The translations under genes were made by a program, and so were the position numbers. DNA of 64,000 nt from Azolla caroliniana (taxonomy: Eukaryota > Plantae > Polypodiophyta). Location of the stretch: NCBI GenBank assembly GCA_043228905.1, contig JBHGNT010000020.1, positions 930,001 through 994,000 of the forward strand. The letters are read 5' to 3'. Each line of letters starts with the position of its first letter. Within the stretch, counting starts at the first letter, position 1. Of the stretch, positions 14,489 through 25,778 are shown piece after piece. The notes beneath the pieces are model-generated. The model saw only the letters and a list, made by a program, of their open reading frames with translations. It searched no databases and was not told where the DNA came from.

Positions 14489-15691
14489 GAAAAGGCTCAG
14501 TATTTATTCGCACAGGTATAAAACACACATTTATATGCGACTACTCCATAATAATTTTATCTTATATATTTTTTGTTTTCAATGAACTTCCATTGTAACC
14601 AACTGGAAATGGCGCTTGTAGTTCAATTGTTAGGATAATTGCCTTCCAAGCAATAGACCCGAGTTCACCTCTCGGCAAGCGCATACCATCTTATTTTAAC
14701 CAGTACTCACAATCTAAAAGAAAAATCTATTCAAGTCCCTTTGATAATGTCATGGTCTTCGAGAGTTTCATTAGCAGAGGTTAAAAACTCTCCAACAAAT
14801 TGAAGTCCTATAAATATTTGGTCCAAAAACAGTTTTAATAAACTAGATTAGATTTTATCTTATAAGAAACTTAGGGTCAACTTTTGGTCGCTCACATAGA
14901 TCATAGAAAACATTAAGGACTCAGGTTTGATAAGAGATATTTGTACGGCTTTAGCCCTACATTTACGATATTTTTTTTGAAAGCAATAACCAACGTTTCA
15001 ATATTCCGCAAGCGCAAGCTATGTCCTTTAGAGCGGTACACGAATTGGATAAACAAAATGTATTCGATAGATTCGAGAATATAAAATTGTTCAATGACTT
15101 TCATAAGTAGATTGTAAGAACACGAGATCAAATTGAATTAATCTGATGATTAGCTTACATAGGTTGTTTTTGTGGATTTCTTTCATTTGTATGCGAGAAG
15201 AAAGTCAGGTTCAGTTTTTATTCACACAGGTATGGGACTCCCATAATTATGCGACTACTCAACAATAATTTTATCTTGCGTATTTTAAGTTTCTAATAAG
15301 CTTCCACTGGAAGTAGATGGAAATTGTGCTTGTAGTCCAACGGTTAGGATAATTGTCTTCCAAGCAATAAACCTGAGTTCAACTCTCGGCAAGTGCATAC
15401 CATGTTATTCAACCAGTACTCACGATCTAAAAGAGAAATCTATTCAAGTCCCTTTCATAATGTTACGTTCTTCGAGAGCTTCGTTACGTTCTTCGAGAGT
15501 TTCATTAGAAAAGGTTAAAACGTCTCCGACAAATTGAAGTCCCATAAATATTTGGCCCAAAAACGGTTTTTAGAAACTAGATTCGTTTTTATCTTATAAG
15601 AGACTCACATTTATATGCGACTACTCAACAATAATTTTATCTTGTGTATTTTTAGTTTTTGATAAACTTCCATTAGAATCAAGTTAAAATT

Positions 15692-15763
15692 GCGCTTGTA
15701 GTCCAACGGTTAGGATAATTGCCTTCCATGCAATATACCCGAGTTCAACTCTCGGCAGGCGCA
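15692..15763 (+). tRNA. tRNA-Gly(TCC), near-intact
   Basis: Cloverleaf kept, with U5:G68, U38 and a variable-loop change. Confidence 0.55.
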
Positions 15764-16324
15764 TACCATGTTATTCCAACCAGTACTCATCTAAAAGAGA
15801 AATCTATTCAAGTCACATTCATAATGTTACGTTCTCGAGAGTTTCGTTACGTTCTTCGAGAGTTTCATTAGAAGAGGTTAAAATGTCTCCACCAAATTGA
15901 TGTCCCATAAATATTTGGCCCAAAAACCGTTTTTAGAAACTAGATTCGTTTTTATCTTATAAGAGACTCACATTTATATGCGACTACTCAACAATAAGTT
16001 TATCTTGTGTATTTTTTGTTTTTGATAAACTTCCATTAGAATCAGGTTGAAATTGCGCTTGGAGTTCAATAGTTAGGATAATTGCCTTCCAAGCAATAGC
16101 CTTGAGTTCAACTCTCGGCAGGCGCATACCATGTTATTGCAACCAGTACTCACAATCTAAAAGAGAAATCTATTCAACTCCCGTTCATAATGTCACGTTC
16201 TTCGAGAGTTTCATTAGCAAAGGTTAAAAATTCTCCAAAAATTGAAGTGCTATAAATATTTCGTCCAAAGACAATTTTAATAAATGTGATTCGTTTTTAT
16301 CTTATCAGAAACTTGGCCTCACGT

Positions 16325-17072
16325 TGTCGTGCCTTTCGGCTCCGGATCGTTTGCGTGAGTCGGGTGGGAACCACCGGGGTTTTGGACTAGGAGGAGGAAG
16401 AATTTGAGACTATTATAATTATGAGTAGATTATTAGAAACTTGTGAATCCCACAAGTATAATGTATTTTATTGATTAATATTTATGTAAGAATATGTATT
16501 TAGATTGATAGAGAAAGATATAGAAATCTCGTGAATCCCACGAGTATAGTTTGTTAATTGGTGTTTTAGGAAATATATCCAATTTCCCAAATATTTCACA
16601 CACCTATTACATTGTGCTCCCCATCCTTATGTAGTGATGGGAGAGACTAAGCATAGCTACATGCTTTTTTTCTAATATGTTCATGCACACTAAATGTGCA
16701 TGTGATGCTTTTCTAATCCTTGCTTTTATTTGCTAAATATAGTGCTCATGCACGCTAGATGTGCATGAGTCACTTTTTAGTTGCTTGCGTTTTTCTATAA
16801 AATATTCACGCACTCTAAAAATGCATGGTTTACCTTTTAATAAAGGTAGGCGCAAATAAAGCACTTATAGTTATTAAATCTATTTATAGAGCACTAAAGA
16901 TAAGGTAGCATAATGGTAAAGTTGAGGTTTGGCTACGTGGAGGTACAAGGTTTGAATCTTGCCCTATGCACGTGATAAATACTTTGATATTCTTATTTTA
17001 TTTATTTATATGTAATTAAATCGTTTATATTATTTTTACTTTTTCACGTAGTGTACGAAATACACTACGACA
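16325..17072 (-). repeat. 3' LTR
   Basis: TG...CA with 6-bp terminal inverted repeat; one visible mismatch (16894 vs 19693) to the other LTR. Confidence 0.95.
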
Positions 17073-19085
17073 CTCGCCCCCTCCGAACCCGCACATCCTC
17101 CGGTATGTGCCGAAGTTGCCGATGCTTGTTGTCTCCCCTTCATCCTCCGTTTGTCCCGCTATGTCAACTTTGTCTCTCCATTTTGAGTAGACCCATTCTT
17201 TCCACCCGAACCATTGTCGCCATCCGATCCACCATATTCTTTGTTCTCTCTCGTCATATTCTTGGCCCTTGTCATTCGTGGTAGTGTCTTTTACTGACCT
17301 CTTTCTTGTCTTCATCAACCTTGACTTTTTTCCGAATCGCTCTCGTCCGATCGACTTTCGGTTTGATCGGCTTCCGATCGGATTCGTACTCGGCTGAATC
17401 GGAATCGGTTGTTCGGTTTCGATTGAGTCGGTCTCCTTCCGGCCCGGTTTCGATCTATCGGTTTCGGTTTTGGTTGGCTTTCTTTTCCTCGTTTTCACCA
17501 GCCTCGACCGGTCCAACCTCCGGTTGAGTCGGATTAGCTTCTTTTCGGATCGGTTTCGTCCGATCGGCTTTCGGCTAGGTCGGCTTCCATCCATATTCGC
17601 GTTCGGCCAAGTCAGACTCAGTCGATCGGTTTTGGCCGAGTCGACCCCTTTTCGGGTCGGCTTTCTTTTGGGTCGTCTTTCGGCTGAATCCTCATTTGCC
17701 TGGTTCGGCTTTCGTTTGTATCGTCTTTCGGCCGAATTCTCTTCCTTTCGGTTCGGCTTTCTTTCGGGTCGACTTTTGGTCGAATCCTCTTTTACCCGGT
17801 TCGGCTTTCTTTCGGATCGGAATCCCGTCCGGATCACCTTCCATCCAAACCGGCTTCCGACTTTACCTTTCTTGCTGCCACCTCCCGTCTCTCCGGTCTC
17901 ACGTTGGTTCTCAGACACAACCGCCGAAGTCTCTAGGATTAGTGGGCAGGAATCCTCAGTATTATCATCCTCCATTGTTTCACCCATAGCCATATTCTCG
18001 GCTATCTCTCTGTCGTATGCATCGACTTCGACCTTTGTTTTCTCTCCGCCACCTTCCGTCTCTTCGGTCTCACGTTGCCTTTCGAACGCAACCGCCGGAG
18101 TCTCTGGAATTAGTGGTGGGGAAGTCTCGATATGGCCATCCGTCGTTGATTCGTCCATAGCCACCTTCAATTCGATGTCATCTTTCGTGGTGACCTCCTC
18201 AATCAAGTCCTCTGTGCTCTCTTTCATTGCATCAATTATGCTTACCCCTTTTTCACCCGATGTTTCAGACACTTGTATTCTGAAATCTTCTTCTACACTT
18301 GGGTTATCGGCCTTATCCTTCGTCGTTGTTCTTTCGCAAGACAAGAGGGTAGCTTGTTTTACACCCTCTTCCGTCGCACCATCATGTTGTATTTCGGCCT
18401 TCATATCGGCTCCATCATTTGTCTTCAATCGACCATCCTTCATTGGCCATGTCGTTGACAAGATTCTCATCTTCCTCTCATCATGTCTCCGGCATACCCT
18501 TTGGACTTTGGCCCAATCTTCGGTAAGACCATTCGTACCTTCATCGTCTTCGAGTTCGATCCCGATGTCCATCCTTTCTTTTCGATCGATCGATTTTACG
18601 AACATTAGGACTTTATCCTCCCCCACCAACCGTTGTTCTCGCTCCAAGAGTCGAGCAAAACGATTCTCGAACTCTAGGAATGCTTGTGTTGCACTTCGGT
18701 GGGTCTTCTCCGATGCCACCCATTCGTCGAATTCTCGCCGATCTTTTCCCTTCGATCTCTTGTAATCATATGCCTCTCGTAAAGCTTCTTCGAATGACCC
18801 CCATGTCGAGTTTTGTTGCCGTATCTTGTGGATTCTCTCTTGTAGCTCATCCGTGGCCACCCGATTGAAGGATGTCACTTGCAATCCTTCCGGTATCCCA
18901 CATCGTATCATCTCCGCCTTGTAGTCACGTAGATAGCGTGACACATCGTTTCCGTTGAATTGTCCGTTTCGTTGTACGAGCCGCTTTACTGCCCCCGTGA
19001 TCTCCGACATCACTCGTTGTTCTTGTAGCATCCGCTCGAACATCATCATCATCGTTATGCTCATTGCCTCTTGTTGATTCTCCAT
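17025..19085 (-). CDS. gag: Gag-like protein with acidic and Lys/Arg-rich low-complexity C-terminal regions (~686 aa from first ATG)
   Basis: Uninterrupted ORF fills the internal domain. N-terminal FNGNDVSRYLRDY...TWGSFEEALREAY resembles Ty3/gypsy capsid. First ATG is at 19085; the ORF-track GTG at 19106 lies in the PBS. Stop lies inside the 3' LTR. Confidence 0.75.
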   Translation of the reverse strand: MENQQEAMSITMMMMFERMLQEQRVMSEITGAVKRLVQRNGQFNGNDVSRYLRDYKAEMIRCGIPEGLQVTSFNRVATDELQERIHKIRQQNSTWGSFEEALREAYDYKRSKGKDRREFDEWVASEKTHRSATQAFLEFENRFARLLEREQRLVGEDKVLMFVKSIDRKERMDIGIELEDDEGTNGLTEDWAKVQRVCRRHDERKMRILSTTWPMKDGRLKTNDGADMKAEIQHDGATEEGVKQATLLSCERTTTKDKADNPSVEEDFRIQVSETSGEKGVSIIDAMKESTEDLIEEVTTKDDIELKVAMDESTTDGHIETSPPLIPETPAVAFERQRETEETEGGGEKTKVEVDAYDREIAENMAMGETMEDDNTEDSCPLILETSAVVSENQRETGETGGGSKKGKVGSRFGWKVIRTGFRSERKPNRVKEDSTKSRPERKPNRKEENSAERRYKRKPNQANEDSAERRPKRKPTRKGVDSAKTDRLSLTWPNANMDGSRPSRKPIGRNRSEKKLIRLNRRLDRSRLVKTRKRKPTKTETDRSKPGRKETDSIETEQPIPIQPSTNPIGSRSNRKSIGRERFGKKSRLMKTRKRSVKDTTTNDKGQEYDEREQRIWWIGWRQWFGWKEWVYSKWRDKVDIAGQTEDEGETTSIGNFGTYRRMCGFGGGECRSVFRTLREKVKII
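17073..17092 (-). promoter_or_regulatory. Polypurine tract
   Basis: rc GCGGGTTCGGAGGGGGCGAG immediately precedes the 3' LTR. Confidence 0.75.
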
Positions 19086-19101
19086 CTCCTTGCCACCCGC
19101 C

Positions 19102-19119
19102 TTCACGTCGGGTTCACCA
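19102..19119 (-). promoter_or_regulatory. Primer-binding site complementary to tRNA-Trp 3' end
   Basis: + strand TTCACGTCGGGTTCACCA matches the 3' 18 nt of plant cytosolic tRNA-Trp plus CCA (recalled sequence); 4 nt from the 5' LTR. Confidence 0.85.
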
Positions 19120-19123
19120 ACTG

Positions 19124-19871
19124 TGTCGTGCCTTTCGGCTCCGGATCGTTTGCGTGAGTCGGGTGGGAACCACCGGGGTTTTGGACTAGGAGGAGGAAGA
19201 ATTTGAGACTATTATAATTATGAGTAGATTATTAGAAACTTGTGAATCCCACAAGTATAATGTATTTTATTGATTAATATTTATGTAAGAATATGTATTT
19301 AGATTGATAGAGAAAGATATAGAAATCTCGTGAATCCCACGAGTATAGTTTGTTAATTGGTGTTTTAGGAAATATATCCAATTTCCCAAATATTTCACAC
19401 ACCTATTACATTGTGCTCCCCATCCTTATGTAGTGATGGGAGAGACTAAGCATAGCTACATGCTTTTTTTCTAATATGTTCATGCACACTAAATGTGCAT
19501 GTGATGCTTTTCTAATCCTTGCTTTTATTTGCTAAATATAGTGCTCATGCACGCTAGATGTGCATGAGTCACTTTTTAGTTGCTTGCGTTTTTCTATAAA
19601 ATATTCACGCACTCTAAAAATGCATGGTTTACCTTTTAATAAAGGTAGGCGCAAATAAAGCACTTATAGTTATTAAATCTATTTATAGAGCATTAAAGAT
19701 AAGGTAGCATAATGGTAAAGTTGAGGTTTGGCTACGTGGAGGTACAAGGTTTGAATCTTGCCCTATGCACGTGATAAATACTTTGATATTCTTATTTTAT
19801 TTATTTATATGTAATTAAATCGTTTATATTATTTTTACTTTTTCACGTAGTGTACGAAATACACTACGACA
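19124..19871 (-). repeat. 5' LTR
   Basis: 748-bp direct repeat of 16325-17072. Confidence 0.95.
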
Positions 19872-22800
19872 ACGTTTTGGTCGCTCACATAAAACATAGA
19901 AAACATTCAGGACTCAAGTTTGATATGAGATATTTGTGCGGCTTTACCCGTACAATTAGAATATTTTTCTTGAAAGGAATCACCAACGTTTCAATATTCC
20001 GCACGCGCAAACTATGTCCTGTAGAGCGGTACTCGAATTGGATAAACAAAACGTATTCGATAGATTCAAGAATATAAAATTATTCAATCACTTTCATAAG
20101 TAGATTGTAAGAACAGGAGATCAAATTGAATTAATCTGATGATTAGCTTACATATGTTGTTTTTGTGGTATTCTTTCATTTGTTTGCGAGAAGAAAGTAT
20201 TGTTCACCCTTTATTTGCACAAGTATAGGACTCCCATAATTATGCGATTACTCAACAATAATATTATCTTGCGTATTTTAAGTTTCTGATAAGCTTCCAC
20301 TGGAAGTAGATGGAAATTGTGCTTGTAGTCCAATGGTTATGATATTTGGCTTCCAAGCAATAGACCCGAGTTCAATTCTAACCAAGCGCATACCATGTTA
20401 TTCAACCATTACTCACGATCTAAAAGAGAAATCTATTCAAGTCGCTTTCATAATGTTATGTTCTATGAGTGTTTCGTTACGTTCATCCATAGTTTCAATA
20501 GAAGAGGTTAAAATGTCTCCAACAAATTGAAGTCCCATAAATATGTGGCCCAAAAACCGTTTTTAGAAACTAGATTCGTTTTTATCTTATAAGAGACTCA
20601 AATTTATATGGGACTACTAACCAATAAATTTATCTTCTGTATTTTATGTTTTTGATAAACTTCCATTAGAATAAGGTTGAAATTGCTTGTAGTCAAAACA
20701 TAGAAAACATTAAGCAGTCGGGTTTGATATGAGATATTTGTGCGGCTTTAGCCGTACAATTAGGATATTTTTCTTGAAAGCAATCACCAACATTTCAATA
20801 TTCCGCAAGCACAACCAATGTCCTTTAGAGCGGTACTCGAATTGGATAAACAAAATGTATTCGATAGATTCGAGAATATATCGTAATTGAATTACTTTCA
20901 TAATTAGATTGTAAGAACACGAGATAAAAATGAATTAATCTATTGATTAGCTTACATAGCTTGGTTTTATGGATTTCTTTCATTTGTATGCGAGAAGAAA
21001 GTAATGTTCAGTTTTTATTCACACAGCTATAGGACTCCCATAATTATGCGACCACCCTACAATAATTTTATCTTCCCTATTTCAAGTTTCTAATAAGCTT
21101 CTACTGGAAGTAGATGGAAATTGCGCTTGTAGTCCAACGGTTAGGATAATTGCGCTTGTAGTCCAACGGGTTTTAGAAACTAGATTCCTTTTTATGTTTT
21201 AAGAGACTCACATTTATATGCGACTACACAACAATAAATTTATTTTGTGTATTTTATGTTTTTGATAAACTTCCATTAGAATCAAGTTGAAATTGCGCTT
21301 GTAGTCTAACGGTTAGGGTAATTGCCTTCCAAGGAATAAACCCGAGTTCAACTCTCGGCATGCGCATACCATGTTATTGCAACCAGTACTCACGATCTAA
21401 AAGAGAAATCTATTCAAGTCCCGTTTATAATGTCACGTTCTTCGAGAGTTTCATTAGCAGAGGTTAAAAAGTATCCAACAAATTGAAGTCCTATAAATAT
21501 TTGGTCAAAAAACAGTTTTAATAAACTAGATTCGTTTTTATCATTTCAGAAACTTAGGGTTACGTTTTGGTCGCTCACATAAAACGTAGAAAACATTAAG
21601 GACTCGGATTTGATATGAGATATTTGTACGGCTTTAGCCGTACAATTAGGATATTTTTCTTGAAAGCAATCACCAACATTTCAATATTCCGCAAGCGCAA
21701 CCAATGTCCTTTACAGCGGTACTCGAACTGGATAAACAAAATGTATTCGATAGGACTCCCGTAAATATGCGACTACCCAATAATAATTTTATCTTCCCTA
21801 TTTTAAGTTTCTGATAAGCTTCCACTGGAAGTAGATGGAAATTGCGCTTGTAGTCCAACGGTTAGGATAATTTCCTTCCACGAAATAGACCCGACTTCAA
21901 CTCTCCGCAAGCGCATACAATGTTATTTCAACTAGTACTAACGATCCAAAAGAAAAATATATTCAAGTCCGTTCATAATGTTACGTTCTTCCAGAGTTTC
22001 ATTAGCAGAGGTTAAAATGTCTCCAACAAATTGAAGTCCCATAAATATTTTGTCCAAAAACGGTTTTAATTAAAATGTCTCCAACAAATTGAAGTCCCAT
22101 CAATGTTTTGCTCAAAAACGTTTTTAATAAAGTAGATACGTTTTTATCTTATAAGATACATAGGATCACCTTCTGGTAGCTCACATAAAACGTAGAAAAA
22201 ACATTAAGGACTCAGGTTCGATATGAGATATTTGTGTGGCTTTAGCCGTACAATTAGGATATTTTTTCGTGAAAGAAATAACCAACGTTTCAATATTCCG
22301 CACGCGCAAACTATGTCCTTTACAGCGGTACTCTAATTGGATAAACAAAGAGTATTCGATAGATTCGAGAATATAAAATTATTCAATCACTTTCATTAGT
22401 AGATTGTAAGAACATGAGATCAAATTGAATTAATTTGATGATTAGCTTACATAGGTTGTTTTTGTGGATTTCTTTCATTTGTATGCGAGAAGAAAGTATT
22501 GTTCAGTTTTTATTCGCACATGTATAGGACGCCCATAATTATGCGATTACCCAACAATAATTTTATCTTGCGTATGTTAGGTGTTTGATAAGCTTCCACT
22601 GAAACTAGATGGAAATTGCGGTTGTAGTCCAACGGTTAGGATAATTCCCTTCCAAGGAATAGACCCGAGTTCAACTCTCGGCAAACGCATACCATGTTAT
22701 TCAACCAATACTCACGATCTAAAAGAGAAATCTATTCAAGCCCCGTTCATAATGTTACGTTCTTCCAGAGTTTCAGTAGAAGAGGTTAAAATGTCTCCAA

Positions 22801-23674
22801 CAAATTAAAGTCCCATAAATATTTAGCCCAAAAACGAGTTTTAAAAACTAGATTCGTTTTACGTTTTAAGAGACTCACATTTATATGCGACTACACAACA
22901 ATAAATTTATTTTGTGTATTTTATGTTTTTGATAAACTTCCATTCGAATCAGGTTGAAATTGCGCTTGTAGTCTAACGGTTAGGATAATTGCCTTCCAAG
23001 GAATAGACCCGAGTTTAACTTTCGGCATGCGCATACCATGTTATTGCAACCAGTACTCACTATCTAAAAGAGAAATCTATTCAACTCCCGTTCATAATGT
23101 CATGTTCTTCGAGAGTTTCATTAGTAGATGTTGAAAAGTCTCCAACAAATTGAAGTCCTATAAATATTTGGTCCAAAAACGGTTTTAATAAACTTGATTC
23201 GTTTTTATGTTATCAGAAACTTAGGGTTACGTTTTGGTCTCTCATATAAAACATAGAAAACATTAAGGACTCGGGTTTTATATGACATATTTGTGCGGCT
23301 TTAGCCGTACAATTAGGATATTTTTCTTGAAAGCAATCACCAACATTTCAATATTCTGCAAGCGCAACCAATGTCCTTTAGAGCAGTACTCGAATTGGAT
23401 AAACAAAATGTATTCGATAGATTCGAGAATATATCATTATTGAATGACTTTCATAATTAGATTGTACGAACACAAGATAAAAATGAATTAATATGTAGAT
23501 TAGCTTACATAGGTTGTTTAAGTGGATTTCTTTCATTTGTATGCGAGAAGAAAAGTAAGGTTCAGTTTTTATTCGCATAGGTATAGGACTCCCATAATTA
23601 TGCGACTACTCAACAATAATTTTATCTTGCCGATTTTAAGTTTCTGATAAGCTTCCATAAAAGAGGAGGAAATT

Positions 23675-23746
23675 GCGCTTGTAGCCCAACGGTTAGGATA
23701 ATTGCCTTCCAAGCAATAGACCCGAGTTCAACTCTCGGCAAGCGCA
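23675..23746 (+). tRNA. tRNA-Gly(TCC), one D-stem mismatch
   Basis: GCGCTTGTAGCCCAACGG...CAAGCGCA. Confidence 0.6.
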
Positions 23747-24369
23747 TACCATGTTATTTTAACTAGTACTCATGATCTAAAATAGAAATCTATTCAAGTC
23801 CCGTTCCTAATGTTACGTTCTTCGAGAGTTTGATTACCAGAGATTAAAATGTATCCAACAAATTAAAGTCCTATACATATTTTGTGCAAAAACGGTTTTA
23901 ATAAACTAGGTTCCTTTTTATCTTATAAGAAACTTAGAGTCACTATTTGGTCGCTCACATAAAACATAGAAAACATTAAGAACTCAGGTTTGATATGAGA
24001 TATTTGTGCGGCTTTAGCCGCACAATTAGCATATTTTTCTTGAAAGCAATAACCAACGTTTGAATATTACGCAAGCATAAGCTATGTCCTTTAGAGCGGT
24101 ACTCGAATAAGATAGATTTGAGAATATAAAATTGTTCAATGACTTTCATAAGTAGATTGTAAGAACACGAGATCAAATTGAATTAATCTGATGATTAGCT
24201 TACCTGGATTGTTTTTGTGGATTTCTTTCATTTGTATGCGAGAAGAAAGTAAGGTTCAGTTTTTATTCGTACAGGTATAGGACTCCCATAATTATGCGAC
24301 TACTCAACAATAATTTTATCTTGCCTATTTTATGTTTCTCATAAGATTCCACAGAAGTGGATGGAAATT

Positions 24370-24441
24370 GCGCTTGTAGTCCAACGGTTAGGATAATTGC
24401 CTTCCAAGCAGTAGACCCGAGTTCAACTCTCGGCAAGCGCA
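24370..24441 (+). tRNA. tRNA-Gly(TCC), type A with U28:G42
   Basis: Full cloverleaf. Confidence 0.75.
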
Positions 24442-25065
24442 TACCATGTTATTTCAACCAGTACTCACGATCTACAATAGAAATCTATTGAAGTCCCTGT
24501 CGTAATGTTACGTTCTTCGACAGTTTCATTAGCAAAGGTTTAAATGTCTCCAACAAATTGATGTCCTATAAATATTTTGTGCAAAAACCGTTTTAATAAA
24601 CTAGTTTCCTTTTTATCTTATACGAAACATAGTGTCACCTTTTGGTCGCTCACATAAAACATTGAAAACATTAATGACTCAGGTTTGATATGAGCCGTAC
24701 AAATCAGGATATTTTCCTTCAATGCAATAACCAATATTTCAATATTCCGCAAGTGCAAGCTATGTCCTTTAGAGCGATTATCGAATTGGATAGAGAAAAT
24801 GTATTCGATAGATTCGAGAATATAAGATTGTTGAATGATTTTCATAATTAGATTGTAAGAACAAGAGATAAAAATGAATTAATTTGTTGATTAGCTTACA
24901 AAGCTTGGTTTTGTGGATTTCTTTCATTTGTATGCGAGAAGGAAGTAAGGTGCAGTTTTTATTCGTACAAGTATAGGACTCCCATAATTATGCGACTACT
25001 CAACAATAATTTTATCTTGCCTATTTTATGTTTCTCATAAGATTCCACAGAAGTGGATGGAAATT

Positions 25066-25137
25066 GCGCTTGTAGTCCAACGGTTAGGATAATTGCTTTC
25101 CAAGCAATAGACCTGAGTTCAACTCTCGGCAAGCGCA
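25066..25137 (+). tRNA. tRNA-Gly(TCC), type B (U32, U50:G64)
   Basis: Full cloverleaf; loop TT-TCC-AA; T stem CTGAG/CTCGG. Confidence 0.75.
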
Positions 25138-25398
25138 TACCATGTTATTTCAACCAGTACTCACGATCTACAACAGAAATTTGTTGAAGTCCCTATCGTA
25201 ATGTTACGTTCTTCGACAATTTCATTAGCAGAGGTTTAAATGTCTCCAACTAATTGATGTCCTATAAATATTTTGTGCAAAAACCGTTTGAATAAACAAG
25301 ATTCCTTTTTATCTTATAAGAAACAAAGCGTCACCGTCTGGTCGCTCACATAGAACATAGAAAACATCAAGGAGTCAGGTTTGATATGAGATATTTGT

Positions 25399-25470
25399 GC
25401 GGCTTTAGCCTTACAAATAGGATATTTTTCTTGAAAGCAATAACCAACATTTCAATATTCCGCAAGCGCA
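25399..25470 (+). pseudogene. Decayed tRNA-Gly relic in the second half of the monomer (representative copy)
   Basis: 72-nt ungapped alignment to the tRNA (GCGGCTTTAGCC...TAGGATATTTTTCTTGAAAGCAATA...TTCAATATTCCGCAAGCGCA); stems no longer pair. Confidence 0.85.
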
Positions 25471-25778
25471 AGCTATGTCCTTTACAGCGATACTCGAATT
25501 GGATAGACAAAATGTATTCGAAAGATTCGAGAATATAAAATTGTTGAATGACTCTCATAATTAGTTATTAAGAACAAGAGATAAAAATAAATTAATCTGT
25601 TGATTAGCTTACATAGCTTGGTTTTGTTGATTTCTTTCATTTGTATGCGAGAAGAAACTAAGGTTCAGTTTTTATTCGTACAGGTATAGGACTCCCATAA
25701 TTATGCGACTACTCAACAATAATTTTATCTTGCCTATTTTATGTTTCTCATAAGATTCCACAGAAGTGGATGGAAATT

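Larger units (their letters stand above)
16325..19871 (-). mobile_element. Young non-autonomous gag-only LTR retrotransposon (Ty3/gypsy-like, TR-GAG-type architecture)
   Basis: Two 748-bp LTRs TGTCGT...ACGACA; TSD ACGT (16321-16324 / 19872-19875); PBS and PPT on the minus strand; one internal ORF with no PR/RT/RH/IN motifs. Confidence 0.93.

Noticed and set aside
17470-18765. 431-aa plus-strand ORF
   Set aside because: Ser/Phe-rich antisense shadow of the Glu/Lys-rich gag ORF, with a non-ATG start.
25399-25470. Second tRNA with anticodon TGA (Ser)
   Set aside because: Loop reads CT-TGA-AA but the acceptor, anticodon and T stems do not pair and there is no long variable arm; it is a decayed Gly copy.
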